DNA from: Octopus sinensis
Taxonomy: Eukaryota
Reading direction: 5' to 3'
NCBI RefSeq assembly: GCF_006345805.1
Contig: NC_043001.1
Span: 126,852,001-126,916,000, forward strand
Length of the DNA: 64,000 nucleotides
Shown: one piece after another, positions 13,113-27,170 of the stretch
Layout of the letters: each line of letters opens with the position of its first letter
Numbering within the stretch: position 1 is the stretch's first letter
Position numbers and translations under genes: made by a program
The notes under the pieces: generated by a model
Seen by the model: only the letters and a program-made list of their open reading frames with translations
Database searches by the model: none
Told to the model about the DNA's origin: nothing

Positions 13113-13962
13113 AAACTTTATATTTGAAACAGGTGCAACATGAAAATATTTACATTTCGAAAAACTTTAGGTATGTCATTATTTCGATATAACCACTAAG
13201 ACTTTCAAATATGACAGTGAAGATTTTTCTATAGTATACATGTTTTAGACACCATGATTTCAGGTGTACTATGTCTGCCTGTCTTTCTGTCTGTCTGTCT
13301 GTATGTATGTATGTATGTATGTACGTATGTTTGTACGTATGTATGTAGCACGCGCAAACACAGTGAGAGTGGGTGATAGAGAGGGAAGGAAACAGAGAAG
13401 GTGAGGGAGAAGCAGGGGAAGGAAGAGATGGGGGAGAAGATTAGAGAGAATCTTGTGGTCTTGACAAATTCAATAATGGCTCATTACATTCATCCTTCAA
13501 GCAGTATTTAGCATTCTTCATAGAACTTCTATGTTTATGGATCGGATCCTGTCAGCATCAATCTACTGCGATCATGCATTTAACTATAACCAACGAAGTC
13601 CAAGTACGAAAACAATATTTAATATGCTCAGGTGTATAATTAGTTACATTTTGCTGGCTTCAGATATTGAAATTTACTGAAATTTACTGAAGTAAATTTA
13701 GTGAAATATTCTCCGATAAGATAACTTAGTTTAGTATTAACATGGCTGTGAAAAACTTGAAAAGAATATTATAAAAGAATGAAAGTGAAAAGAGAGAGAA
13801 AAATCTTGCAAGTGTATAGGTTAAAAGTTAAATATACATTTATAAGAGATCACATAGCATCAATAATATTGAAGTTATACATATGTATACACATATGTAT
13901 ATATTCTTATGTGGAATATCTTAAAGCACCCCCATAAAGTTGAAAATAAGAGAATCTAGAAA

Positions 13963-14196
13963 AGGCGGCGAGCTGGCAGAAACGTTAGCACGCTGGGCGA
14001 AATGCGTAGTTGTATTTCGTCTGTCGTCACGTTCCGAGTTCAAATTCCGCCGAGGTCGACTTTGCCTTTCATCCTTTCGGGGTCGATAAATTAAGTACCA
14101 GTTACACACTGGGGTTGATATAATCGACTTAATCCGTTTGTCTGTCCTTGTTTGTCCCGTCTGTGTTTAGCCCCTTTTGGGTAGTAAAATAGAAAT
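13963..14196 (+). mobile_element. SINE family B, full length
   Basis: GGCGGCGAGCTGGCAGAAACGTTAGCACG...GAGTTCAAATTCCGCCGAGGTCGACTTTGCCTTTCATCC...GTAGTAAA. Confidence 0.92.
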
Positions 14197-14293
14197 AAAT
14201 ATTGAAGTTATGTGTGCATGTATCCGTGTTTGTGTGTACATACATATAAATATATGTGTATATGTATATATAAGTATATATGTTTGTGTGTGA

Positions 14294-14348
<55 letters not shown>

Positions 14349-14443
14349 AATAATGAAGGGTGAAATTAATTAATTGGAATAATATTAATTACACCAAGTA
14401 GTCTTCGGCATGTAAAAGCCTCATTCGAGGAAAATTTAAGTAA

Positions 14444-14603
14444 TACTAAGCATAAAGGGTTAGCAACGAATGCCTTACCACATACCGAATTTAGAAATAG
14501 CAGTCAAAGAGTTATAGCTAGAAATAGCTATAACTCTTTGACTGCTATTTCTAAATTCGGTATGTGGTAAGGCAATTCGTGCTAAACCCTTTATTGCTTA
14601 GTA
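14444..14603. repeat. Fold-back hairpin (~78-bp arms, GAAA loop) in a (TA)n-flanked module
   Basis: TACTAAGC...GAGTTATAGCTA GAAA TAGCTATAACTC...GCTTAGTA; (TA)n at ~14300-14345 and ~14603-14628. Confidence 0.93.
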
Positions 14604-14812
14604 TATATATATATATATATATATATATTTCTGTCAGTGATGTTTCCTCTTAAGGTTTCACAGCATACAATGCATATACTAAAATAACATCGTTTTAACA
14701 GACGCAATAGTGTATTCACATTTTATATATAAACTAGAGCAAGAATGAAAATCTTGAGATTGAACACTTGCATGCTATTGCACAAGCGCTAGGAGTCGCT
14801 TAATTGAAAAAT

Positions 14813-14940
<128 letters not shown>

Positions 14941-15275
14941 GCTCGCATACACACACATATGTATATATTCTTATGTGGAATATCTTAAAACACACGCATC
15001 AAGTTGAAAATAAGGGAAACTAAATATTGGCTTAAAAAACCTTTATCGATAGAAAAAGGGATTTCCAGCCCAATATCTAGATTCCATATGTGCCTCGAGA
15101 TAATCCCAAAAGAATTTGTTCATGCTCTCTCGGAAGTTCATGAAACGTTTTTGAAGTCAACACTACAAACATACATACATACACACACACATATACATGC
15201 ATGCACACAGAAAGAGAGAGAGGGAGTGAGGGAGATATATATATATATAGACATATGTAACACATGTACATATAT

Positions 15276-15329
<54 letters not shown>

Positions 15330-15584
15330 ACAATTTAATAAATAAAACATATGCATACATAAATGTATGTACATACCTACATCTATATGTATATATACAT
15401 GCATATATGGGTACAGGACACCACAAATAAACGTAGAACACAGCGAGAAACGAAAACATAAAATCAAACAAGGAAACGGACTTTTTTTAACTACGAAAAA
15501 ACAGAGTACAAGACAAACAATACAAGGAATATTCCCCTTCTTCAGCTGCCCCTGTTTCGACTCAATGCGTGTTTAAGGTGTATA

Positions 15585-15622
<38 letters not shown>

Positions 15623-15637
15623 TATATGAATCTAAAG

Positions 15638-15673
<36 letters not shown>

Positions 15674-16228
15674 GTATGTATATTTGTATACATACACACA
15701 CATACACACACACACACACAGAATACAAAAAGTACAGGGAGTAGCAAGAAATGATAAAATATTTGTAAAAAGAAAGATCCGCTTACCTTGGTTTAGTATT
15801 ATATAAAATATAGGAAGCAGATGACAACCTGACAGCAAACAAGAGCTACAACACGACTGATAAATAAATAAATTAAAAACTACACGATGTAAATAGTTCT
15901 TTATGCTTCTTCTATTGCAGTTTACTCACGTATAATTAAGACATTAAGCATTTGCGCGGCAATGTGTTTGAATCTTACTGACGTGTTTGCCAACCAATAG
16001 CTAGCTTTTATATTCAATCGATACACATCACCTCTACCCACGCGAATTCTCCCATCAATTAGTGAAGAGCAAAAGAAAAGAGGCGGATTGTTACTATATA
16101 AGCTGGACAAATAATGATTTAGTGGACTATTTTCTCAAAACTTATGTGACGTGTAAAATGTTACAGAGTTTAATATATAATAGATTCACGCAGATATATA
16201 CACACGCACATATACACACACTCATATG

Positions 16229-16288
<60 letters not shown>
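16229..16288. repeat. (TAA)n microsatellite
   Basis: Seen directly. Confidence 0.97.
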
Positions 16289-16289
<1 letters not shown>

Positions 16290-16426
16290 GGAGGCGTGTA
16301 TTTATTTCACTGAAATATGTAAATAACAATAGCAACAGGTAAATAAAATACACGCACTAACATAGACGTGTACACACGCGCGGTTACACACGTAGACACT
16401 CACATATAAACTCAAAATCAGACAGT

Positions 16427-16484
<58 letters not shown>

Positions 16485-17146
16485 AGCTAGAGGTTATGTT
16501 AGCCTCGTGAAGGGATGGTGTTATCAAAGGAAATACTGGTTCAATACCTAATATTTGGGTGTGGGAATTGATTTCTTTAAAATACTATTTATATAAATGA
16601 AGAAAAAAATGGAGTTTGTGAAGTTAATAAGAGTTTATAATCAACAGCGAATCGATCATTATCGCTGACAGCTGTTTCAATTATACACAGTGAATTTAAT
16701 TAAATAGTAAGTTCATATTTCTGAGCATAATATCTTCAGAGAGGAAATATATATATACCCTTAGATGTTTTGTATCTTTATTTATAGATTCATCGCAGCA
16801 GACTAGTCTGCTATCATGAATGTATGTATGTATGTATGTATGTATGTATGTATGTATGTATGTATGTATGTATGTATGTATGTATGTATGTATGTATGTT
16901 TGTATACACACATACATAGATTTATGCATATATATGTATGTGTATACACATACACACACAAATATATTGTCATTCGAAATGTAGACAAGTGTCAACGATC
17001 CATGTGGCAGGCTTCAAAATCATAAAGAGATCCTTTGTTACATGAAATCATTAGTAGTCTTGTTAAGCCAAACATAAAGAATATTTATTATCCACCAATG
17101 CTGTGTTGAGCACTGATTCTCACTGTTCGATATTAGAGTATATGCA

Positions 17147-17223
<77 letters not shown>

Positions 17224-17242
17224 CTCTCTCTCTATATATATG

Positions 17243-17282
<40 letters not shown>

Positions 17283-17745
17283 CACACACACACACATGCT
17301 CTCTCTCCCTCTCATTTTCTCCCCATCCATCACCCTCTTGTACTGTCTTATATCCCTCCCCACCACTACACACTCAATAACACTATAAAATGGTCAACAT
17401 TTTTTTCACAGGAACTTAGTTCGACTTGAAAACCACACTAGAATGGGAGAAGGCGCCAATACATGATCTAAGTTATATGATGTATAAAAACGTAATATAC
17501 AAATAAATATCTGTAAATATAAAACCATCCGAATTTCTGAGCACCTCATTTCTTCTAATATAAAATACCTGTATATCATCTCCAAACCTTCCAATATATA
17601 AATATATACATACATACATATATAAGGGTAAAGTTGATTTCGGTCAGGTCTCAACCGAGAACAGAAAGGCTTGAAATAAATATTGCAAGGTATCCGCCTT
17701 GTTGTCAAACAACTTCGCCACTTAGCAATATACGTAATTAGCTAT

Positions 17746-18137
17746 GTGGAGGCGCAATAGCCCAGTGGTTAAGGCAGCGGACTCGCGGTCATAGGATCGC
17801 GGTTTCGTTTCACAGACCGGGCGTTGTGAGTGTTTATTGAGCGAAACAGCTAAAAGCTCCACGAGACTCCGGCAGGGGATGGTGGTGATCCCTGCTGTAC
17901 TCTTTCACCACAACTTTCTCTCACTCTTACTTCCTGTTTCTGTTGTACCTGTATTTCAAAGGGCCGGCCTTGTCACTCTCTGTGTCACGCTGAATATCCC
18001 CGAGGACTACGTTAAGGGTGCACGTGTCTGTGGAGTTCTCAGCCACTTACACGTTAATTTCACGAGCAGGCTGTTCCGTTGATTTGGATCAACCAGAACC
18101 CTCATCGTCGTAACCGACGGAGTGCTTCCATCCATCC
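17746..18137 (+). mobile_element. tRNA-derived SINE family A, full length
   Basis: Near-identical to the revcomp of 1845-2228; TSD AATTAGCTAT at 17736-17745 and 18138-18147; (TCCA)n tail. Confidence 0.93.
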
Positions 18138-18739
18138 AATTAGCTATATACTTACATATACTACATACGCCCACACGCAAACACAAACATATACACATGT
18201 ATGGATGTACGTATCTTATGTGTGTATAGTGTATATGCATATAATACTTATTCTTATATATGTGTACATATGCGTATATATATATATATCCGTGTATATT
18301 TATATATATGCGTGTGTTTCTATGTTTGTATGTGTATATAAATACATGTATGTATGAATATATATGTATGGATGGATGGATTGATGTATGTATGAATTTA
18401 TTAGTGTGTGTGTGTCTATGTGTGTTTATAGTGAAGAGATAAATGTCATACATTCAATCCACGGGTAAGGAAATAGATGAATAGAGAGATAAGTAGATAT
18501 CACCGAATTATGATTATATTCTTATATATATACGTGAGATATCCGAAAATGAGAACATATGTACTGATTCCTTACATTGTTATATTCAGTCAAAGCCACC
18601 AGATCTATAAGCGATAAACGTATGACGTGTACTGATCATTCAAGGCTTTTGTAATGTTAGAAACGTGAAATAACTGAATCCCGAAATGGTATTCAATCTC
18701 AAAACCCCGCTTAGCATACATGCTTACATGCGTACATCC

Positions 18740-18819
18740 ATCCGTCCATACATACATACATACATACATACATACATACATACATACATACATACATACA
18801 TACATACATACATACATAC

Positions 18820-18851
<32 letters not shown>

Positions 18852-18943
18852 GTATATATGTACATACATACATACATACTTACATACATACATACATACT
18901 TACATACATACAAACATACATGCATACATACATACATACATAC

Positions 18944-18974
<31 letters not shown>

Positions 18975-19100
18975 CATACATACATACATGGATACATGCA
19001 TACATACATGCATACATGCATACATGCATACATACATACATACATAGATTCATACATACATACATACATACATACATACATTCATACATACATACGTGCA
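18740..19100. repeat. Long (TACA)n microsatellite
   Basis: Seen directly. Confidence 0.97.
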
Positions 19101-19639
19101 TACAGACAGACACTCAGGGATGCATGCAAGCAGACGAACATATATACTTTTGTATATACCAATATGGATACGTACACAGATACATGAATACGTGCACATC
19201 GATACGTACAGACATACGTGCACGCATACTTATGCATCAATAAAATCGCAGTCTTACTCCGTCAGTTTCGATGAAAGGCACTCAGCTGTTATCACGATGG
19301 AAATAATTATCCATTGAATGAGCATATAAGTGGCTGAGTACTTCAAATACTTGTCCTGTACTTATGGCATAGTCCTCAGTCAGAATTAATTTGAGATAAT
19401 GCGACTAGGCTGAAAAGTTAAAATTACAGGTACAATGTAACTGGCGAGCTTCTCCACAGTTTCCTTCTATCCAATTTCACCCACAAGCTTAGTTTAACTT
19501 TATGCCATAGAAATAGCCATTGCTTAAGATGCCAGGCAGTGGGACATAACCATGAGCCATGAGATTATGCAGAAAACTTCTTAAGCGTTTGGATAAGATG
19601 CGCCCATTTGCAATCGCACACATATCTACAGCTACACAA

Positions 19640-19680
<41 letters not shown>

Positions 19681-19681
<1 letters not shown>

Positions 19682-19860
19682 TTTATTTAAAAGCAGCAGA
19701 AATATAACAAAAGCTGTTACTCAGAGTTTCACGTTACCATTCGTCGGGTAGCTTTGTTAACAAATATTTCTGCTGCTTTGAAATAAGGCATATTACTCTA
19801 CCTCTGGTATTTGAGTACTCTTTTTTCCACCTCGTGTCACATTTATATGTTTACTCCGGT
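19681..19860. mobile_element. ~180-bp (TA)n-flanked hairpin element, copy 1
   Basis: Collinear with 35523-35692 (CTTTATTTAAA.GCAGCAGAAA...TATTACTCTACC.CTGGTATTTGAGTACTCTTTTTTCCACC...TTTACTCCGGTA); both copies sit between TA repeats. Confidence 0.8.
19706..19758 (-). ncRNA. Degenerate minimal type I hammerhead ribozyme-like motif
   Basis: Minus RNA: AACAAAGCUAC CCGACGA AUG-GUAA-CGU GAAA CUC-U-GAG UA ACAGCUUUUGUU, i.e. stem I, a CUGANGA-like core (U4C), stem II with GNRA loop, GAAA, palindromic stem III, GUA site, stem I'. Confidence 0.5.
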
Positions 19861-20012
19861 ATATATATAATGGAGTAAATGGAGCAAGAACATACTCGGA
19901 AACGAACGAAAGATTTCTGGACAATGGACAGACGCTAAAATAATAAAAATAGTAATAAAAGAGTGAAGGAAAGAAAAATATATATTTAGTGCGTGCGTTT
20001 ATTTGGCAAAAA

Positions 20013-20130
<118 letters not shown>

Positions 20131-20408
20131 ATGACCATCCCGAAATACAACAATATTATATTTATATATATATATATAGGCTAACGTTACATAGATTGCA
20201 ATTAATAAACGCTCGTTTTATCTATTTTTAAAAACCAATGACCTTACACGCAAATAAAAAACGAATATATTGGTTCAATGAAATTTGATCTTAAGCCTAT
20301 GGGGAAAACTAATATGTTTTTGTTGTCAGAAATCGAATTGTTAAGATATTTTGAATTACACAACATTTAAAATACGAATAGTCGCGCTATATATTAACAT
20401 ACGCTCTA

Positions 20409-20590
20409 AGGCGGTGAGCTGGCTGAATGGTTAGCATAGCGGCATTTCGTCAGTGTTTACGTTCTCAGTTCCAATTCCACCTTGGCCGACGTTACCTTTC
20501 ATTATTCCAGGGGTCGAACACATAGGCCGTGCAATTGACTTACCCCATCTCCAGAATTGCTGACCTTTTGCTAACATTTGAAGCCAGTAT
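20409..20590 (+). mobile_element. SINE family B, diverged
   Basis: AAGGCGGTGAGCTGGC.GAAT..TTAGCA...AATTCCACC...CTTTCATT...GGGGTCGA. Confidence 0.75.
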
Positions 20591-21134
20591 ACTAATAACA
20601 CTTTAAAAATATCAAAATAATTCTTTAATTTACTGAGTAGAAGAAAATTTGAGTATTGGCAAATGCGATGAAATCCAAAGGCATGAATATACAAGGCCTT
20701 ATAAGACGTTGCTATTGCACGTTTTTGGTATCATTGTTCCCAGTTCCTCTATGTATCTGCCTACTGGTTTAAGAATTGCTGATAACGAGTTTTATTCGCT
20801 TCATCAGCTTTATTAACTGCAATGATCCGCCGTAAGTTGTTTGAGTCTGGTTTGTAAAGCATTCATTCAGCGTAGTCAATACATGAAGCTTCGGATTCGT
20901 GTGTTGTAAATGGTTGCATGTCTTAGGTGGATGTAAGGGAAACAAGAAGCTCTCGATGAGGTGTGTCTGTAACCAAGCCTTCATCCCAAGTTAAGGCTAG
21001 CTCACATTATTTCTCCACTTGGTAAAAGATTTGTCTATTACAACATCGATATCGGCGTGTACGTCTGAGCGCGTGAGTCTAAATGTGTGGTTTGTATGTG
21101 TGCGTATATCTGTGTGCATGTATATGTATGTATA

Positions 21135-21185
<51 letters not shown>

Positions 21186-21324
21186 ATATATATACATATA
21201 TATACATACATATATATAGAGAGAGAGAGATATTCATATATTTATATGTAAAGAGAAGCATTATGTGCATGTACGCACGCACACAAACACACACATGCAC
21301 ACGTACACATACGCACACGTACGT

Positions 21325-21367
<43 letters not shown>

Positions 21368-22017
21368 ATATATACACATATACACACACATAAATATATA
21401 CGTATATGTGCGTGTGCATGTGTCCGCGTGTGCGTGTGCATGTGTCCGCGTGTGCGTGCGTGAGTGCGATCGTAAGTGGTGTACTGTTTCGTGATTGAAA
21501 TCTGGAGAGAGTATAGGTGTTAAGGGTTAGATTATTATTATAAGAAATTTAGCCGCTGCACAAATCTCCTGATGAGAATATATCTGAACGGAGGTATATC
21601 CGATATCAACCGATATCAGTGATATAATGATGTGTGAACAGGTCAACATTTGGTGATTTAATGTCATGCATTTGATAACGTTATTAAATATAAGTCCCGT
21701 TCTAATATGATGTGTAAAACATTTTTTTCTTCTTCGATTTCCTGTTAATACATTACTTTCGTGGTAATACATTCCATATACCAGTTGTGTGTATGTGTGT
21801 TTGAGTGCTTGTGCGTGTTACTGTGTGTGAGTGTGTGTGTGTGTATGTATATATGTAAGTATGTATGTATTTATGTATGTATGTATTTATGTATGTATGT
21901 ATGTATGTATTTATTGTATATATGTATGTATTTATGTATATATATGCATGTATGTATGCATGAATGTATTATGTATCTACTCCAGGGTAGTCTTGTAGTA
22001 TATGTGTATATATGTCT

Positions 22018-22062
<45 letters not shown>

Positions 22063-22194
22063 GTATGTATATGCATGTATGTATATGCATGTATGAATGT
22101 ATATGGTAGGTGTGTAAGCATGCATACACATATTAGATGTTTGAAATATCACATGCAAGAACAAATTTCTTATAGGCACGCTGTAGTGGAATAT

Positions 22195-22336
22195 GTTCAT
22201 CATAGAAGTACTACGCCCTGTGAATGGATTTGGTAGACGGAAACTGAAAGAAACCGGTCGTCTATATATATATATATATATATATATATCTATATATATA
22301 TATACGTGTATACACACACACACACACACACAACAC

Positions 22337-22390
<54 letters not shown>

Positions 22391-22715
22391 TTGTGTGTCT
22401 GTGTTTTGCTATCGCTTGACAATCGATGCTGGTCTGTTTATGTGCCCACAACGCAGCGGTTCGGCAAAATGAACCGATAGAATATATGTGTGTGTAAGTG
22501 TGTGTGTGTGTGTGTATTTCTGTTTGTTTGTCTTCTACCACCACTTGACAACCGGTATTGGTGTTTTTACGTTCCCAATAATTTTGCAAGAAACCGACAG
22601 AAAAAGTACAAGGTTTAAAAAAAACAAAAGAACTGGGGTCGATCCGTTCGACTAAATTTCTTCAAGGCGGTGCCCCAGCCTGGCCGCAATCTAATGAATG
22701 AAACAAATAAAAGTT
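22195..22715 (+). mobile_element. Two tandem partial SINE family C copies
   Basis: GGATTTGGTAGACGGAAACTGAAAGAA; CTTGACAA.CG.T..TGGT; GGCGGTGCCCCAGC.TGGCCGCA. Confidence 0.8.
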
Positions 22716-23447
22716 AAAAAATATGAACAAACGTAGTTAAACTAGGGGCTTAGTTTCACGGGAAGGTTAAATTTTTTTTAAAAAATCTGCTAGAGTTAAT
22801 CTGTTTGTAAATCTAATTTCAAACACGACGCGCTTGGTTTCGAATAATGCGTGCGCGAATGTCTCTGCGTGTGTGTGTGTTTAGTGTGCGCTTACTTTGT
22901 GTGTGCGAGTATGTGCGTGTGTGTGCGACAAACTTTCACATCAAGTGATGATCTATGACAGTAAAAAGAAAAGAATCTCCTTCTCATGGGATCTCGAACC
23001 TATTGCAGTCAAGGCTATAGATTCAAGACCACACGAAAGAGATCATTTCATACTCACCTGCCAAATTAATCTAACTGAACGTTTTACTTGTATAGGCTGA
23101 CAGCATTACATCAAAAAATAACACAAGGGAATCACTTACAATTGTATCGTCTCTTAACCATGGTCAGATTAGATATTCTACTGCAGTCTAACACAAACAA
23201 GTTTCATAATTATATTCTGTATATATATATAGTTATCATTATACCTTTAATGCGTAATTTGTGACCGATTAGGCAACGGTTGAACAAAAATTTGAAACAT
23301 TGCTTAGTTATTTACAATTGTAAAGAAAACAATTAGATGATATGTTTACTTTTTTTCCTTTCCAAATATTTCTGCTTGTAAATGTCTTATATAACTTATA
23401 TTTAATATGTAAACCGTATGCATGTATTATGTATGTATGTATGTGTA

Positions 23448-23500
<53 letters not shown>

Positions 23501-24062
23501 TACATATATGTATGTATACACACACATTGGCAGTTATATAATATATTCATATATATTTCACACTTTCATTATCTTGCTTACAGCTCAATAGTTATCCAGA
23601 GTATACAAGCAAATATATCCAAATTCTAAAATTTATTGACGAAATATTTAACATTCCAAATTCACATGTAGTTGTTTACAAAACCACAGGTATGCCACAA
23701 ATATGTCACCTACATGAAAATATAACTAATGAAAATGAGTATCAGTTGTGGAAAAGGCATTATTTAACAAACTAATAAATTAAGAAAATTTTGGTAATTA
23801 GTGGAGATTACTCTGGGAGTCTAATGAAATGTATACTTAACTTAGCCCTCAGATTGATAAAAACGCTCTCTGAGTAATCGATTTCTTTATTTAGTGAATG
23901 ATTAACATAATTAAATATTGAACTCACATAGCTTCTTCCTCCTTACGGCATGAGTATTTTTAATTAAAGCTAAAACTGCTCACATGCAATTTGAAAAAAA
24001 AAAACGCGTGGTTACAGAAATAAGGAAGACAAAATTTCCTTTTTTTAGGGAGTAACAGACAA

Positions 24063-24282
24063 AGCAGCGAGCTGGCAGATTCGTTAACCCGCCGGGCAAT
24101 ATGCTTAGCGGCATTTCGTCCGTCTTTACATTCTGAGTTCAAATTCCGCCGATGTTGACTTTGCTATTCATCCTTTGGGTCTCGATAAAATAAGTACCAG
24201 TTGAGCCGGGGGACGGCGTAGATGTAATCGACTTACCACTTCCTCCCGAACTTGCTGGCCTTGTGCCAAAACTTGAAACCAT
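24063..24282 (+). mobile_element. SINE family B
   Basis: GCAGCGAGCTGGCAGA...TTCTGAGTTCAAATTCCGCCGA...CTTGCTGGCCTTGTGCCAAAA.TTGAAACC. Confidence 0.88.
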
Positions 24283-24499
24283 TATGAGGGAACAATAGAA
24301 GTGAAAATATTTTTTCTATCTGAAAATTTTGTCTACACATTGAAATCTAAATATAGGTTTCATATTTTCTATAGTTGTGCATTTGTAGCCATGAAGACGT
24401 TTCTGCCTTGTGCGTCAGAGAAGTAATCTAACATATTATCTATCAAGCTAACTATATATGTGTTTGTGTGTGCGTGCGTGTGTATGCGTATATGTATAC

Positions 24500-25254
24500 G
24501 TGTATTGTTTCTGCTAAGTTCACACAAGTTGATATAGTGGAATTTCCTTCTCGATATCGTTGCAATTGCTAGACAAAGAAATCGAATTTGCCAGGAAATA
24601 CGTCACCATTTACTAAGAGCAATCGAGTTAATCATGCACGCACGTAAAACTCTCGTCTTTAGTAAGTGATCAGTTTGAATCAAAAATCCGAAGTAGATAA
24701 ACTGTTTGACGTATTCATATGACAGTGCTGTTACACGCGAACCAGTACGACTGGTTATCTTAAAAATCAAGTTCCCCTTCTGTAATATTGGATTATATCG
24801 AGATGATGTATTGGGGAAATTCCACGGCTGTGATGGTTATTCTCTAGATTCATTCAGGGATAACTTATAGCCGTTTTTAGCAGTATAGATTTTAAGCTCA
24901 CTGTAATTAAAATCTCACCAAGGTTAACTTATATATTTCCCTCGAACTTCAAATATTTGTAATGCCCATAGATCAAATGGGAAAAATTAGGTATACATAC
25001 ATATTATATATATATATATATATATATAGTGGCGAATACTCGTTATAAGTAACACCGCCATCTACTAAAAGATGGCCAGCAATATTATTTGCTAAAGAAG
25101 TTTGAAGCCATGGTATAACCGTTATATAACAAGGTAAAGATTTTCATTTTTCATTTACTTCGAAATTTGCTATAAAATTATGGTTGTTGGCCGTGTTGGC
25201 TGCTACTTCTAGCATGTAAAAATTACCTGTTAAAGGGTAATTTTCTATTTTGAA

Positions 25255-25296
<42 letters not shown>

Positions 25297-26150
25297 CATT
25301 CTTGCATGAGATAACATTAACAATAGAATTTCCAACCTCTCTTCCTCTGAAAAAAATTTCCATAAGGCAGCCATTAGTAAATAATGTCCAGATTACAGAA
25401 ATCTCATCTATCCGAACCCGAACAAGAATCAAATTTACAAATATACAATATACAATTATATGGTTTGCCCGCTTCTTTCTCTTTAAATGCTAGAACTAAT
25501 GTAGGCAATAAATTCTTGGTACTGATAGATACTTATTTCCCCAATAGTCTTAGATATAGGCAAATTTTTAATAGTCGTTCAATGAAGGTTGCCTACAGCT
25601 GCAAATCGTATACGAAAACCATTACTTCACATAGGTCATCCAAGATTCTTAGTCCAGACCATAACTTCAGGATCCCACTCACATACACACTAGGCCGGAC
25701 ATGCATAGGTAGATCAATTATCTACAACGCCGAAGTTGCCTCCGTTCTGCAAAGTAGCGAAATCAAACCAACATACTGGATTATGTAAAAGTGACTTCAA
25801 AAAAATATGCTTCAACTATGAGTCCTCTCCCAGATATGTTGACACGAATAATAGAACAGAGATCGCATGTCACATTTGAAAGTTGGAAGATGGCAATATA
25901 CCATACACCATTGAGAGGATCCCCGTAGAAAGATGAAGGACATATGTCAACAGCTCGATCTGTATGTTGAAACAGGGCATATCACCTAATTAGAACGAAG
26001 AATTATACTGTCTTCCAAACTGAATTCGGAAATATTTACAAGACGTATACATATCGTCAAATTCCTGTTGTCATACTAGAGGACACCTACCTCACCGGGT
26101 GAGATACACTAATAAACAAACTTTATCCTTTAAATTAACTCTTCTAGTTG
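24500..26150 (+). mobile_element. Penelope-like retroelement (RT + GIY-YIG), degenerate
   Basis: Frameshifted fragments: LLDKEIEFARKYVTI, IMHARKTLVFS, IGLYRDDVLG (RT active site), NNRISNLSSSEKNFHKAA, FSLNARTNVGNKFLVLIDTYFP...IFNSRSMKVAYSC, IIYNAEV..TGLCKSDFK..EIACHI*KLEDGNIPYTI. A (TA)n and an apparently inverted insert (ENYPLTGNF, resembling CPLxGNC) interrupt it at ~25140-25310. Confidence 0.88.
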
Positions 26151-26296
26151 AAGATTTCCGCATTCTCTATATGATATGTAATTCCTCAGATAAACGTTAT
26201 ACCCTCAAACGTTAACGGTATTCTTACGTTCAGCTCTTACATTTAATAGAACATAAACTAGTGTAGTCAATCTATCTATGTGTGTGTGTATTTGTA

Positions 26297-26327
<31 letters not shown>

Positions 26328-26360
26328 GCGCGCACGCGCGTGTGTGTGTATATGTGTGTA

Positions 26361-27170
26361 CGAAGTCTGTTCCAGAAATTTAGAGACTTTTTTGTGAGAG
26401 GCAGTTATAACTGTGCTAGATATTTGTAATTTTAATATATCATTACTGTACATCTAATACGCTGATGCATCAACTTTTGTTTTTCCAGATTGAAGGAGAC
26501 GGATACACTGCCGTACACTACTTGTTACAGCTGAGTAGTTGGCAGAATGCAGTCGGGTTGTATAAACAGTTTGGAAGCGCGCTACGTGTTTTGTGTTAAA
26601 CGAGGCAAAAACGCTAAGAAGCTTATGAACTGCTCTAGCCTGCTTAATCATTAACATATATTGGCCGAGTATCTGTTTTTCTCTACCACAAGCGGCCCGG
26701 CGAAGTAAGTCTACAGGAAAGCTCATCATGATCCCCGTTTTTGGTACTAAAGGCATCGTCTACCTCCACTAGGTTCTCCCTGGTCAGACGGTTCTCAAAA
26801 TGATATTGACGTTTCGTTGCAAAAGGCCAGAAAACCTGTACCAGGGCAACGCACAAGTCCACAATTCCATCTTGGTAACCAACTACTTGACAAAAGCTGT
26901 CCCTAACCAGCCGTACGTTCCAAACCATGTCCTCTTTGACTTTTGGTTATTCTCCAAGCTGATTGATATGAAGCAGGAAGTTGTGACAAGGGTCCTGCGC
27001 ACCTTCACTGCGGAGGATTCCCGAGCGGCCTTCATGAAGGGACTGGATTGCTAAAAGAGATACGTTGAAATCAGAGGTTGCTACTTCGAAGGAGATTAGA
27101 GTTTTATACCTCTTTGAAATGAATAAATGTCTTTCTTGAAAAAGTCTCAAAACTACTGGAATACATCTTG
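26361..27170 (+). mobile_element. Mariner (DD34D-type) element, internally deleted
   Basis: Imperfect ~30-bp TIRs (CGAAGTCTGTTCCAGAAATTTAGAGACTTTTT / AAAAAGTCTCAAAACTACTGGAATACATCTTG), TA on the left; relics YVFCVKRGKNA, KSTGKLIMIPVFGTKGIVYLH*VLPGQTV, NAQVHNSILVTNYLTK, FDFWLFSKL, RGCYFEGD. Confidence 0.87.

Noticed and set aside
26454-27150. Three minus-strand ORFs in a GC-richer block as host exons
   Set aside because: They are antisense to a mariner transposase relic bounded by TIRs.
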